Shown: piece by piece, positions 21,973 to 31,314 of the stretch
Position numbering within the stretch: position 1 is the stretch's first letter
How the letters are laid out: every line of letters begins with the position of its first letter
Made by a program: the position numbers and the translations under genes
The notes under the pieces: generated by a model
What the model was told of the DNA's origin: nothing
Databases searched by the model: none
The model's input: the letters and a program-made list of their open reading frames with translations, nothing else
From: a virus
Direction: 5' to 3' (one strand)
DNA length: 53,102 nucleotides
IMG/VR virus record: IMGVR_UViG_3300050501_000425

Positions 21973-23831
21973 TGTCGATCTTCACCAAGACGCCGGAGGT
22001 CGAGGCACCACGCCAGGCCCGTCCCCTGTCCATGATCGCCTCGGCTGTTCGGATGACGCTGTCGGAGGAGGCGTGGCGGGGATATCGCTTCACCGATGAG
22101 GGCTGGCAGCGCATCGCCTGGGAGTTCTATGACACCAATGAACAGCTCCACAACGCAGTAGACTATGTAGGCAATGCCTGCTCCCTGGTGCGCATCTATG
22201 TCGCCAACGTCGATGCCAACGGGGTGCGCCAGGATGAGGTGACCGGGGATGCCCAGATAGCCGCCCTGGCCGATACGCTCTTCGGTGGACCTGCGGCCAA
22301 AGCAGAGGTGCTACGTACGCTGGCCGAGTCGCTGACCGTGGCCGGGGAGTGTTACCTGATCGGCATGGCGGCCCGGCCAGCCTACGGTGACAAGTGGATG
22401 GTCCTGGCGCCCAGTGAGGTCAGGCGACAGGGAAAGGTCGTGTGGATCAATGTCGGACACGCCGTCCGCGAACAACTCAATCCAGGCCGAGACATCATTG
22501 TTCGAGTACACACCCCGCATCCTCGGCGACCCCTCCTGGCAGACTCTCCTGTACGTGCACTGCTTGACACCCTGCACCGCATGCGGGAAATCCAGCTGTA
22601 CAAGCGCTCCCAGTTCAATTCTCGCATCGCCAACGCAGTGGTGCTCCCCGTGCCGGAGAGCTTGGCCATCCCCAAGGGAGATGATGAGACTGTATCCGTA
22701 GACGATGTCTACCAACAGCTTTTCGAGGTCATGACCTCCAATTTGGAGGGTAAGGGAACCGCCGCCCAGATCGCCCCCATCCTGTGGCCCATGCCTTTGG
22801 CCGAACTTGAGGCCATGAAAGGCATCACCCCGATCAAGTTCGAGTCTGTGCTCTCCGATGCCCTGTCCTCCATGGAAAAACAAGAGATGGAGAAGCTGGC
22901 CATCGGCATCAATGTGCCAGTGGAAATCCAGTTGGGCGCCAAGGAGATGAACCACTGGGGCGTGTGGTTCGCCGGGGAAGAGTTCATTGTCAAGAGCGTC
23001 ATGCCGTTGATGAACCGCATCGTGGACGCCATCACCACCGCCTACCTGGGTCCGGCGCTCAAGGCGTTGGGCAAGGATCCGGCGCGCTTCACCTACTGGT
23101 ATGACGTTGCGCCCCTTGCCTCATCGGCCAACCAAGCTGTGGACACCCTGAACCTGTACGAAAAGGGTGTGGTGTCGGCCGAAACCGTCAGGCGTGCCTT
23201 CAACTATCGGGAAACCGATGCCCCCAGCGAGCAAGAGACCGGGCAGCGTTTCACCCGCGAAGTCATCCTGCGCGACCCCCAGTACTTCGCCGTGGAGCCC
23301 GTGCGTGAATACGCCGGAGTGGAAGGCATCGAGACCGCACTGCCGGAGGTGCCCGAGCTGAACCCGGCCGGGCCGCCCCCACCACCGCGTCCCGAGCGCG
23401 GCATCGAAGGTCCCCGGCCCGGCCAGGGTGCCCCCAACACCAGGCCCACGGGTACCACCAACCGGCCCGAATCCGACCTGATCGCCTCACTGGCCGGTGG
23501 TCCCTCGGCCGCCCATGTGGCCGCCAACTCGATGGTTGTGCGGGCACTGGAGCTGGCCAACAAGAAGCTGCTGACCCCCAGTGTGCGCAAAGCCTTCCCC
23601 AACGCCGACATCCTGACCCTGCACACCAAGGTCCAGGTCAATGAGGGTCAGGCCACCACATTGCTCGCCGGTGCCTGGGACCACTGTGCCCACCACATGT
23701 ATGGTGTGGCGGCCGACCAGTCCCTGGTGGCCGCCGTGCTCAACAGCTATGTGGCTGGCCTTCTGGTGCACCGCATCGAACACAACCCGTCGCTGATGTC
23801 GGCCAGGCTGCGCGAGGCCGGGATCGCATGA
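21972..23831 (+). CDS. Portal protein
   Basis: 619 aa, immediately after terL, TAATG-coupled. Size and composition are typical of a portal. The call rests on position and length. Confidence 0.75.
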   Translation: MSIFTKTPEVEAPRQARPLSMIASAVRMTLSEEAWRGYRFTDEGWQRIAWEFYDTNEQLHNAVDYVGNACSLVRIYVANVDANGVRQDEVTGDAQIAALADTLFGGPAAKAEVLRTLAESLTVAGECYLIGMAARPAYGDKWMVLAPSEVRRQGKVVWINVGHAVREQLNPGRDIIVRVHTPHPRRPLLADSPVRALLDTLHRMREIQLYKRSQFNSRIANAVVLPVPESLAIPKGDDETVSVDDVYQQLFEVMTSNLEGKGTAAQIAPILWPMPLAELEAMKGITPIKFESVLSDALSSMEKQEMEKLAIGINVPVEIQLGAKEMNHWGVWFAGEEFIVKSVMPLMNRIVDAITTAYLGPALKALGKDPARFTYWYDVAPLASSANQAVDTLNLYEKGVVSAETVRRAFNYRETDAPSEQETGQRFTREVILRDPQYFAVEPVREYAGVEGIETALPEVPELNPAGPPPPPRPERGIEGPRPGQGAPNTRPTGTTNRPESDLIASLAGGPSAAHVAANSMVVRALELANKKLLTPSVRKAFPNADILTLHTKVQVNEGQATTLLAGAWDHCAHHMYGVAADQSLVAAVLNSYVAGLLVHRIEHNPSLMSARLREAGIA

Positions 23832-24643
23832 CCACGCCTGTCCAGGAAAACCCGCCGATCCCTGAACCGATGCCCGAAGGTTCAGGGGCTCCTGAAGCCG
23901 TAGGTGGTGTGCTCGCCGCCGCTGAGGTTGCCATCGCCGCCTACATGCTTGCGGCTTACACCAAATGGCTGGCCCAGGTAGCCGCGAAGGTACTCGGGGG
24001 TTTCCTGGCTTTCGGTATCGGTCCTGATCCCGCTGGGGTCTGGGCCACCACGCCAACCTGGGATCATCTGATCGATGGGCTGATGGACCGCCTGGTCGGG
24101 CTTGCCCGAGCGGGGTGGATCAACACATCCCGGCAGCTTGGCCTTGACTTGCCCTTCGATCCAGACGATCCCATCCTCAAGGACCAGCTGCAGCGGACCC
24201 GCAATCTGATGGTCCGGACTCCTGACGAGGTCTACCGCCTGGTCGTGCGAGCACTGGGTGATGTGGCTGCCGTGAACGGGACACGAGCGGAGCAAGCGCA
24301 GGCGGTAAGGCATGTCCTGGATGTTACCGGGACGGAGAACTGGCCTGCCCGCGCCAGGACGGTGGCCACCACGGAGGTTCATCGGGCGTGGAACTTCGGT
24401 GCCCTGGCTGCAAGTATGCGGGCCCAGATGCAATTGCAGCGGGTGCTGAACAAGACCTGGCTGGCCAAAGACGACAGCGCCACTCGTCCAGGCCACGCCC
24501 GTGCTGACGGGCAAACCGTGCCCGTCAACCAGCCTTTCATAGTTAACATGGAGGCATTGATGGCGCCCGGTGATCCGTCGGGAAGTCCATCAAACATCAT
24601 AAGCTGCCGATGCAAGCCCTTGTTCACCAGGAGGATGCCGTGA
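23828..24643 (+). CDS. MuF-like minor capsid / head morphogenesis protein
   Basis: TTEVHRAWNFGA...WLAKDDSATRPGHARADGQTVPVNQPF...ISCRC is the Mu-F/SPP1 gp7 pattern. Start is ATGA-coupled. Confidence 0.75.
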   Translation: MTTPVQENPPIPEPMPEGSGAPEAVGGVLAAAEVAIAAYMLAAYTKWLAQVAAKVLGGFLAFGIGPDPAGVWATTPTWDHLIDGLMDRLVGLARAGWINTSRQLGLDLPFDPDDPILKDQLQRTRNLMVRTPDEVYRLVVRALGDVAAVNGTRAEQAQAVRHVLDVTGTENWPARARTVATTEVHRAWNFGALAASMRAQMQLQRVLNKTWLAKDDSATRPGHARADGQTVPVNQPFIVNMEALMAPGDPSGSPSNIISCRCKPLFTRRMP

Positions 24644-26187
24644 CGGTCAACGCCAACTCCTGGAAGCGTATGTCTACGGCCCCAAGAGAAACCCCGTTCA
24701 ACTTCCAGGACGCCGTGGGCCGGGTGGCCGACTGGGCATCGGGTTCGGTGGAGAAGTTCAACAGCGCCTTCCTGTGGCGTGACCCGAAAGCCCCGGCCAA
24801 CAACAAGAACTCCTACCGCCTGCCGATCGCCGACATCATCGGGGGGCGTCTGACCCTGATCCCTCGTGCGGTTTTCTCGGCCGCCGCGATCCTCTCGGGT
24901 GCCCATGGGGAACTGGAGGGTGTGGTCGGCGAGGAAGAAAAGCTTGTCCTCAAAGGCGTGGTGACCGACATCTATGCCAAACTGCAGGCCGACTATGGCG
25001 ATCCCCGGGTCAAGCCCCCATGGCTGCGGGGCGGCAACAAGGAGGAGGACGTGACTGCCTCGATCAACAACATCAACGCCAGCGGGTTCTCGTCCATGCC
25101 GGTGGCCACCGAAGATGTCCCATGGGGCTTCTACAGGGCGGCCGACGCCCTGTGGGAGCACGCCGATGGTGACATCCGGGAGTACCGCAAGGGCTTCCTG
25201 TGGTGGGATGTAGGCGCCCCGCAGGAGCGAAAGTCCTACAAGCTACCGATAGCGACGGTGAACGCCTCGGGCCAGTGTGTACTGGTCCCTCGTGCAGTCC
25301 GGACCATGGCTCAGATACTCGCCAGTGCGCCCGAGATCATGGACATCCCTGACGAGGACATGAGTGCAGTAGCTTCCGTAGTGCATGGCATCAAGGACCG
25401 CATCGACGCGATAGAAGCCGGTACACATGATCAACCCGAAGCACTCGAAGTCGTGACAGCTGGTATATCGCCCATCGCTCCGCCCAAGAGCTGGTTTGAG
25501 GACCCAAAACTGGACGGCCCGACACCGATTGCTGTGACGGCCGACGGCCGGGTGATCGGACACTTGGCAGCCTGGGGGACATGCCACGCCGGGATCGGCA
25601 ACCAGTGCGTCATGGCTCCCCGCAGTGCCGTGTCCTACAAGTACTTCCTCAACGGCAGCGTGGTAACCGCAGACGGCGGAGTAGTGCGGGTCGGTAAAAT
25701 TACGGCCGGTACCGGGCATGCTGACACTCGTCTCGGTTGGGTCCCGGCCAGTGACCACTATGACAACACCGGCAAGCAGGTGGCGATCGTGGCCAGCGGA
25801 GAGGACAGGTGGGGCATATGGGTGGCGGGTAGCCTGGTTCCCGAGGCCGATGATACCGACGCGGCGATGCTTCGGCGTTCCCCGCTTTCGGGTGACTGGC
25901 GGCGGATCAACGGAAACCTGGAGCTTGTGGCGGCCTTGGCGGTCAACACCCCCGGCTTCCCGATCGTGTCCCTGAATGCCTCCGGTGAACCTGAGTCACT
26001 GTGTGCCGCCGGGGTCATCCTGGAAGATGGCACCATCGCCAGCCTGGATCCTGATGGGCTCAATGAGTCCGAGCGCACCTTGCTCAACAGACTCAAGGAG
26101 GTCCAGGCGCACACGGATGCCCTGCGTCGCAACAGGTTGATCCGCAGGTACACTAACCTGGTTAATTCATCGACGAAGGAGAGCTGA
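24640..26187 (+). CDS. Capsid maturation protease / scaffold-like protein
   Basis: GTG 24640 follows AGGAGG. There is an internal duplication (WRDPKAPANNKNSYRLPIA... / WWDVGAPQERKSYKLPIA...). Also GHLAAWGTCHAGIGNQCVMAP and a C-terminal coiled region. Confidence 0.55.
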   Translation: MTVNANSWKRMSTAPRETPFNFQDAVGRVADWASGSVEKFNSAFLWRDPKAPANNKNSYRLPIADIIGGRLTLIPRAVFSAAAILSGAHGELEGVVGEEEKLVLKGVVTDIYAKLQADYGDPRVKPPWLRGGNKEEDVTASINNINASGFSSMPVATEDVPWGFYRAADALWEHADGDIREYRKGFLWWDVGAPQERKSYKLPIATVNASGQCVLVPRAVRTMAQILASAPEIMDIPDEDMSAVASVVHGIKDRIDAIEAGTHDQPEALEVVTAGISPIAPPKSWFEDPKLDGPTPIAVTADGRVIGHLAAWGTCHAGIGNQCVMAPRSAVSYKYFLNGSVVTADGGVVRVGKITAGTGHADTRLGWVPASDHYDNTGKQVAIVASGEDRWGIWVAGSLVPEADDTDAAMLRRSPLSGDWRRINGNLELVAALAVNTPGFPIVSLNASGEPESLCAAGVILEDGTIASLDPDGLNESERTLLNRLKEVQAHTDALRRNRLIRRYTNLVNSSTKES

Positions 26188-26384
26188 TGGGTTGCAGCAC
26201 CTGTGGGGACCGGGCGGCCAAGGCTGCCGCCCAGTATCCCCGCGAAGTCGTTCTCGCCGACGGGACCAGGGTCACCGTGAACTCCCCCGCCCAGGAGCGC
26301 ACCGAACGCGAGCGCGCCCGCCAGAGGCAACAGGCGGCCGATCGCCAGAGCGCCAAGGAGAGGGGCTATACTGTCGGCAGGTGA
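26187..26384 (+). CDS. Small basic protein (65 aa)
   Basis: ORF track. TGATG-coupled. Confidence 0.6.
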   Translation: MGCSTCGDRAAKAAAQYPREVVLADGTRVTVNSPAQERTERERARQRQQAADRQSAKERGYTVGR

Positions 26385-26409
26385 CACGGGTTATCTCACG
26401 CGAGGGGCA

Positions 26410-26439
26410 AGACGGGCTGCATTTAGGTGCGGCCCGTCT
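26410..26439. terminator. Bidirectional stem-loop between convergent genes
   Basis: AGACGGGCTGCA-TTTAGG-TGCGGCCCGTCT (about 13 bp including G.U). It lies between the plus-strand gene ending at 26384 and the minus-strand cassette ending at 26448. Confidence 0.6.
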
Positions 26440-26447
26440 CTCGCTTC

Positions 26448-26585
26448 CTACGCCAGCAGGCGCAGCCCCACGGCCACCCCGATGCTCAGGGCGATCAGCC
26501 CGCCCAGGATGATCAGGATGATCCCGATCCCGGCATCCCACAGCCGGTCCCAGATGGTGTACCCCTGCGGCGCCCTGTGCTTCAC
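26448..26585 (-). CDS. Micro membrane ORF (45 aa, GTG start)
   Basis: VKHRAPQGYTIWDRLWDAGIGIILIILGGLIALSIGVAVGLRLLA. GTGA-coupled. Confidence 0.45.
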   Translation of the reverse strand: MKHRAPQGYTIWDRLWDAGIGIILIILGGLIALSIGVAVGLRLLA

Positions 26586-26653
26586 GACAGGGTCTCCACC
26601 AGGAAGCCGACCACGATCAGGACGATGATGACGAAGACGCCCACGGCAATCAT
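26582..26653 (-). CDS. Micro membrane ORF (23 aa)
   Basis: MIAVGVFVIIVLIVVGFLVETLS. RBS GGGAGGAGAA. Confidence 0.45.
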   Translation of the reverse strand: MIAVGVFVIIVLIVVGFLVETLS

Positions 26654-26681
26654 CCTCACGCTTGTTCTCCTCCCTTGATGC

Positions 26682-26762
26682 CTATGACATCAATATATAC
26701 ATCATGATCAGAAAGCAGAGCCCCACGGCGATCAGGGCGGCCTTGAGCAACTTTTCGATCAT
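26682..26762 (-). CDS. Micro membrane ORF (26 aa)
   Basis: MIEKLLKAALIAVGLCFLIMMYILMS. ATGA-coupled. Confidence 0.45.
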   Translation of the reverse strand: MIEKLLKAALIAVGLCFLIMMYILMS

Positions 26763-26908
26763 CAGCCGACCAGACCGCTGAAGAACCCGCCGACACCCTC
26801 GAGGATGTCGATAGCCGTCTGGCCCAAGGCTTTGACGGCGCCGGGCCTGAAGGCGGCGAAGAACATCACGAAGGCGATGCCGCCCCAGATCACAACCTTT
26901 TTCAGCAT
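26762..26908 (-). CDS. Small membrane protein (48 aa)
   Basis: MLKKVVIWGGIAFVMFFAAFRPGAVKALGQTAIDILEGVGGFFSGLVG. RBS GAGAGGAA. Confidence 0.55.
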   Translation of the reverse strand: MLKKVVIWGGIAFVMFFAAFRPGAVKALGQTAIDILEGVGGFFSGLVG

Positions 26909-26918
26909 GCGATTCCTC

Positions 26919-27197
26919 TCATAGATGTTTGCGGCACCGATGACCTTTCGGGCTGTCCCGGGTGCCGTCCTGGGACAGACACCATCGGGTGCCCATCCAC
27001 TCCTGGCATGTGTACGGTTTGACCACCAAGGGTGCGAACTGCGCACCAGGACGCTGGGGGCCGATCGTGTCGCCCCTGCCGACCGGTGGATGCAGCGGGC
27101 ACCGGAAGCCAGTCACATAGAGTCTGACATCCTGGCGTGATCCGCAGATGTTGCAGAATCGGCGATGGGCGAATCGGTCCTTTCTGCGGATGGTCAT
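26919..27197 (-). CDS. Cys-rich protein (92 aa)
   Basis: ORF track. Contains FCNICGS...FRCPLH...YTCQEW...C. This is the first gene of the opposite-strand cassette. Confidence 0.6.
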   Translation of the reverse strand: MTIRRKDRFAHRRFCNICGSRQDVRLYVTGFRCPLHPPVGRGDTIGPQRPGAQFAPLVVKPYTCQEWMGTRWCLSQDGTRDSPKGHRCRKHL

Positions 27198-27202
27198 TTC
27201 TC

Positions 27203-27224
27203 TATCCTATCATCGCGTCTGTCC
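27203..27224 (-). promoter_or_regulatory. Internal copy of the genome-terminal sequence / putative promoter
   Basis: Minus sense aTGACAT-GGACAGACGCGATGATAGGATA-gagaaATG, versus genome end GGACAAGGACGCGATGGTAGGATA. The core GACGCGATGRTAGGATA matches at 17 of 18 positions. ATGACA could be a -35 element and TAGGAT a -10 element, 16 nt apart. Confidence 0.4.
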
Positions 27225-27277
27225 ATGTCATTAGTAGACGATGCTGACTGAGTCGTGCTACCCTGCGTGAAGATCAA

Positions 27278-27331
27278 GGCGATGAGCCAGGAGCCTGCCT
27301 GATCATGGGGGCGATGAGCCAAGAGCCTGCC
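27278..27331 (+). repeat. Tandem 22-nt direct repeat (period 32) upstream of the capsid gene
   Basis: GGCGATGAGCCAGGAGCCTGCC (27278-27299) and GGCGATGAGCCAAGAGCCTGCC (27310-27331). Confidence 0.8.
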
Positions 27332-27363
27332 CAAGGACTTGGATCATCATGTGGAGCTGACTG

Positions 27364-29151
27364 ATGTTCACCCCACCCCGCCCGAACGATCAAGGCGTCT
27401 ATGAGCTTTCCGTCTATGCGACGCCGACACTGACGGACCTTCGCAACCTGGCAGCAGCCGATCAGAGCGCCCTGGTTGCCTCCATCAACCCCGACAGCCC
27501 GGATGAGGAAATCCTGGCGCAGGCCGAGGAGCTGACCGCGTTCGTGGCGGCGGCCGATGCCGAACTGGACAAGCGCGCCCAGGTTGCCGCACGCGCGGCG
27601 GCCCAGAAGCCGCTGGAGCCACGTGCCACCCCCGTGGCCACCGAGCCCGAGCCGGAGCCCGTGGTGGCCAGTGGCGAGTTCGATGCCAACGGCAACAAGG
27701 ACGTCACCGAGACCACCCCGGCCGTCGAGGTCGCCAACACGGTGACCGAGGTTGTACAGGCCACGGTGACCGCCTCCGGTGGTGCCACCTCCGCACCCCG
27801 CCGCTCGGTCCAGATCGCCGATGTGGCACCGCATTCCCCGGCCGCGCAGGTTCCTGAGGGCACCCCGAGCTACACCATTGTGGCGGCGGCCGATATCGCC
27901 ACCTTCCCCACCGGCACAGAGCTTTCCTGGGCCGATGTGGGCCGGGCCTTTGAGGAGCGCGTGCGAGCATATCCCAGCGCCTCCCGCAGTGGCACCAAGA
28001 CCCGCATGCAGCATTCCCTGGCCCGGATCCGGCGCAACTTCCCTGATGAGGCAGTCATCATGGAGGGCGACGGCCATGAGACCGCGTTCAACAAGCTGCG
28101 TGCGGCAGCCGACGGCGCCATGAACCTGGATGCCGTGGTCGCGGCCAACGGCTGGTGTGCCCCATCCGAGCCCGACTACAGCATCTGCTCCCCGATCACC
28201 GCAGACGGCATGATCAGCCTGCCGGAGCGGGTACTTCGCCGGGGCGGCCTGCTGCACAACCAGGGCCTGGACTTCACCGACTTCTTCGGCGGCGACATCA
28301 CCCTGCCGATTCCGGGCTTCAACATCCTCACCGAGGCTCAGGTCATCTCGGACACCGCCAAGACCTGTGTCGAGATTCCGTGTCCGGCCTTCGTGGACGA
28401 TCGCCTGAATGTGGCGGCCCTGTGTCTGACCTCGAGCCTGCTGCAGAACCGTGGCTACCCGGAGTTCGTCAGCGAGTTCACCCAGGGCGCGATCGCGGCC
28501 ATGGCCCACCTGGTCAACCGCGAGGTGATCAACGAGATCGTCACGGGCTCGACGGCTGTCACCTTGACCGGCGTGGACCCGTGGCTTTCGGATGGCACCT
28601 TCTACAGCAATGTGCTCAGCGCGGTCGAGTTCGCGATCAAGGACATGCGCTATGCCTACCGCACCTCGATGAGCCAGCCGTTCACCGTCGTGCTCCCGTA
28701 CTGGGTGCTCGGTGGCATGCGCGCGGATTACATTCGCCAGAACGCACGGGTCAGTGACGATCTTGCGGATGCGGCCATCATGGCGGCGTTCTCGATGCGC
28801 GGCGCCCAGGTCCAGTGGGTCTATGACTGGCAGGACGCCTTCAACCCGGGCTCGATCGCGGCCACCCGCCAGCTGGGCAACGCGACCCCGCCGTTCAACT
28901 ACCCGATCACCCTGTTCTTCCTGGTGTTCCTGCCGGGTACCTGGGTCCTGGGCAGGCAGGACGTGATCCGCCTGGACACTGTTTACGATTCAACCAACCT
29001 CCAGCAGAACCTGGTGACGCAGTTGTTCATGGAGGACGGCTTCAAGCCGATGCGCATGTGTCAATTCAGCCGTGTCTACGAGATCCCGGTCTGCGCCAAC
29101 GGTTCCACCGGTGTCCAGCGTGCGGTGACGTGCACGGATGTGACTCCGTAA
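27364..29151 (+). CDS. Major capsid protein with a long N-terminal scaffold-like extension
   Basis: 595 aa. The N-terminal region is helical and Pro/Glu-rich. The C-terminal roughly 350 aa (…NGWCAPSEPDYSIC…) resembles actinophage HK97-fold capsid proteins. Position follows the protease. Confidence 0.65.
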   Translation: MFTPPRPNDQGVYELSVYATPTLTDLRNLAAADQSALVASINPDSPDEEILAQAEELTAFVAAADAELDKRAQVAARAAAQKPLEPRATPVATEPEPEPVVASGEFDANGNKDVTETTPAVEVANTVTEVVQATVTASGGATSAPRRSVQIADVAPHSPAAQVPEGTPSYTIVAAADIATFPTGTELSWADVGRAFEERVRAYPSASRSGTKTRMQHSLARIRRNFPDEAVIMEGDGHETAFNKLRAAADGAMNLDAVVAANGWCAPSEPDYSICSPITADGMISLPERVLRRGGLLHNQGLDFTDFFGGDITLPIPGFNILTEAQVISDTAKTCVEIPCPAFVDDRLNVAALCLTSSLLQNRGYPEFVSEFTQGAIAAMAHLVNREVINEIVTGSTAVTLTGVDPWLSDGTFYSNVLSAVEFAIKDMRYAYRTSMSQPFTVVLPYWVLGGMRADYIRQNARVSDDLADAAIMAAFSMRGAQVQWVYDWQDAFNPGSIAATRQLGNATPPFNYPITLFFLVFLPGTWVLGRQDVIRLDTVYDSTNLQQNLVTQLFMEDGFKPMRMCQFSRVYEIPVCANGSTGVQRAVTCTDVTP

Positions 29152-29162
29152 GCGATCCGAGT

Positions 29163-29186
29163 GGGGGGTGGCATCCGCTGCCCCCC
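29163..29186 (+). terminator. Stem-loop after the capsid gene
   Basis: GGGGGG-TGGCATCCGCTG-CCCCCC followed by TT. Confidence 0.45.
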
Positions 29187-29216
29187 TTGGACTCAAGTCG
29201 CTTAAGGAGGTGACAC

Positions 29217-30074
29217 ATGGTAGCGACGATCCCCCCGGTCCTGGTCGAAAAGCCCACACCGTCCATGCCTTTGCGCTATGGACTGCTTCAGGCCGCCGTG
29301 GGACCGCTGGACCTACCCATCCATGCGCGCAACGGTGGTTTGCGATATGTGACGTCTCTGTGCGCCGAAGGCTTCGGCTACGAGATCGAATGTATCGCCG
29401 ACCAGAACAGCAAGGCATCGGAGTTTGCCCTGGGCACCACGACGGTGACCGGGCTGCCGTTCATCATCGCGGCCACCGTTACCTGCGGCACCGTGGGCTA
29501 CACCTTCGCCGAGCAACGTGCCTTCGTCATGGAGCGCCTGCGCGGTGTCGAGCAGTCCATGCTCGAGGAGATCTTCTCCACCAGCACCTTCGGCCAGTCG
29601 CCCGGACTGATCACCGGCGACGGGATCACCACGGTCACCGGTGCCGGGGACACCGTGGTCGATGTCCTCTCGGAGCTTGAGCGGGCACGCTACTGCGGTT
29701 TCACGGGAAACACGGCCCAGTACGGACCGCCCGGATACCTGCATGTGGCCATCCCGGTGCTCAACGCCCTCAAGCGGGAGCATCTGGTGGAGTGGGACGG
29801 AACCCGTTGGCGCACCCCGATGGGCACTGTGGTGTCCGCCGGTTGCTATGCCAACAACACCCCCGCTGGCGCGGCCCCGGCCGATGGTGTCTTCTGGATG
29901 TACCTGACCGGGCAGACGGTCATCTGGCGCACCCCGGACTCCGATGTCCAGGTGGCCCCCGTGGAGGGTTCCCTGAACCGCACCACCAACCAGATGATGA
30001 TGCTGGCGGAGCGGGAATACGTGGTCACCTATGAGTGTGGTGGCTTCGCCAAGGCGGTGACCCTGTGGACGTGA
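29217..30074 (+). CDS. Virion structural protein, function unknown (285 aa)
   Basis: ORF track. RBS AAGGAGG. Located in the head module. Confidence 0.65.
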   Translation: MVATIPPVLVEKPTPSMPLRYGLLQAAVGPLDLPIHARNGGLRYVTSLCAEGFGYEIECIADQNSKASEFALGTTTVTGLPFIIAATVTCGTVGYTFAEQRAFVMERLRGVEQSMLEEIFSTSTFGQSPGLITGDGITTVTGAGDTVVDVLSELERARYCGFTGNTAQYGPPGYLHVAIPVLNALKREHLVEWDGTRWRTPMGTVVSAGCYANNTPAGAAPADGVFWMYLTGQTVIWRTPDSDVQVAPVEGSLNRTTNQMMMLAEREYVVTYECGGFAKAVTLWT

Positions 30075-30079
30075 CAGTG

Positions 30080-30367
30080 ATGGTGACGGTTTACCCGGAG
30101 CCAGGAAAATTCCGTGAGATCGCCAAGGCGCTGCTGGCGGTGGCCGATGAGCCGAGGCAGGTCCAGTCGGTGACCTGGCCGCAGGCCGGTTTCATGGTTC
30201 CCGAGCATGTCTTCGACCGCTTCGAGGCGGCCCGTACCGACCAAGGGGACCCACCCGAACAGACGGGGCCCGTAAAGCGCCGTCCCGGGCGTCCACGCAA
30301 GGATGGCGCCTCTCCGACGGAGTTCGGGGCGGCCATGAGCCAGGCAAACCCCGGAAAGGACAAGTAA
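30080..30367 (+). CDS. Small protein with an AT-hook-like RPGRPRK motif
   Basis: ATG 30080 within ORF 30035..30367. C-terminus is ...KRRPGRPRKDG... Confidence 0.5.
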   Translation: MVTVYPEPGKFREIAKALLAVADEPRQVQSVTWPQAGFMVPEHVFDRFEAARTDQGDPPEQTGPVKRRPGRPRKDGASPTEFGAAMSQANPGKDK

Positions 30368-31314
30368 TGACAAGCGTTTGCCATTCCGTGGTTCGTGCCC
30401 CGGCCGCCCGGGTGACACGCCTGGGACCTTGTGGTGAGCTTCCTGATGGGACATCAGGCGGCTGTGACTTCGCCACCACCGAGTCCTTTGTGGACATCAC
30501 CCTGACGAAGGTGCTGCAGGACCGCCAGGATGCATTGCAGCTCAACGCCAATGGCGACATCTGCGTGGACAAGCCCAAGGCGCCGATCCTGCGCTGGTAT
30601 GAGGTGACGATCACCTTCTGCAACGTGGACCCGGAGCTGTTCAACATCGTCTCGGCGGAGCCCTTGGTGCTCAATGATGCCGCGAGTCCGGAGGCGATCG
30701 GCTGGTGCACCCTGCCGGACTCGCCTTCGGCGTCCAACTTCGCCTTGGAGTTCTGGACGGGCACTGATGACGACGCCTGTGACGATGAGGACGTGACCTA
30801 CGGGTACGGTCTGCTGCCGCGCATCGTCCAGGGCATGATCGGTGATGTCACCATTATGAACGGCAACATCAACTTCACGGTCACCGGGATCACCCGTGGC
30901 TCCAACCAGTGGGGCGTCGGTCCCTACAACGTGATCGTCAATGAGACCGGGGCCAACGCTGGCCTGCCCGGTCCGCTGTACACGGCGGTCAATGTCAACA
31001 GCCACAAGTGCTTCCTGTGGACCCTGCTTCCCCCGCCCGAGGGTGTGTGCGGCTGCCAGGACCTGACCCAGGCCTTCCAGGTGCTTCCCCTGACCGGGCT
31101 GGCCAGCGTCCTGCGTACTGCCACCTTCCCGCTGCTGGATGGGGCGCCGCTGCTTCCCGGGATCATCGACTGGGGCGACTTGACCCCGGACCAGGTGGTC
31201 ACCTCGGGCACCACGGCCACGCACACCTATGTGGCTGGAACCTATACGGCGACCTACCGGGCCACCGAGCAGTCGGGCATCACCTATACCTCGGCCACCA
31301 TCACGGTGACCTAA
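30367..31314 (+). CDS. Structural protein with a C-terminal PKD/Ig-like domain (decoration or major tail candidate)
   Basis: C-terminus IIDWGDLTPDQVVTSGTTATHTYVAGTYTATYRAT is a PKD-type motif. Confidence 0.6.
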   Translation: MTSVCHSVVRAPAARVTRLGPCGELPDGTSGGCDFATTESFVDITLTKVLQDRQDALQLNANGDICVDKPKAPILRWYEVTITFCNVDPELFNIVSAEPLVLNDAASPEAIGWCTLPDSPSASNFALEFWTGTDDDACDDEDVTYGYGLLPRIVQGMIGDVTIMNGNINFTVTGITRGSNQWGVGPYNVIVNETGANAGLPGPLYTAVNVNSHKCFLWTLLPPPEGVCGCQDLTQAFQVLPLTGLASVLRTATFPLLDGAPLLPGIIDWGDLTPDQVVTSGTTATHTYVAGTYTATYRATEQSGITYTSATITVT

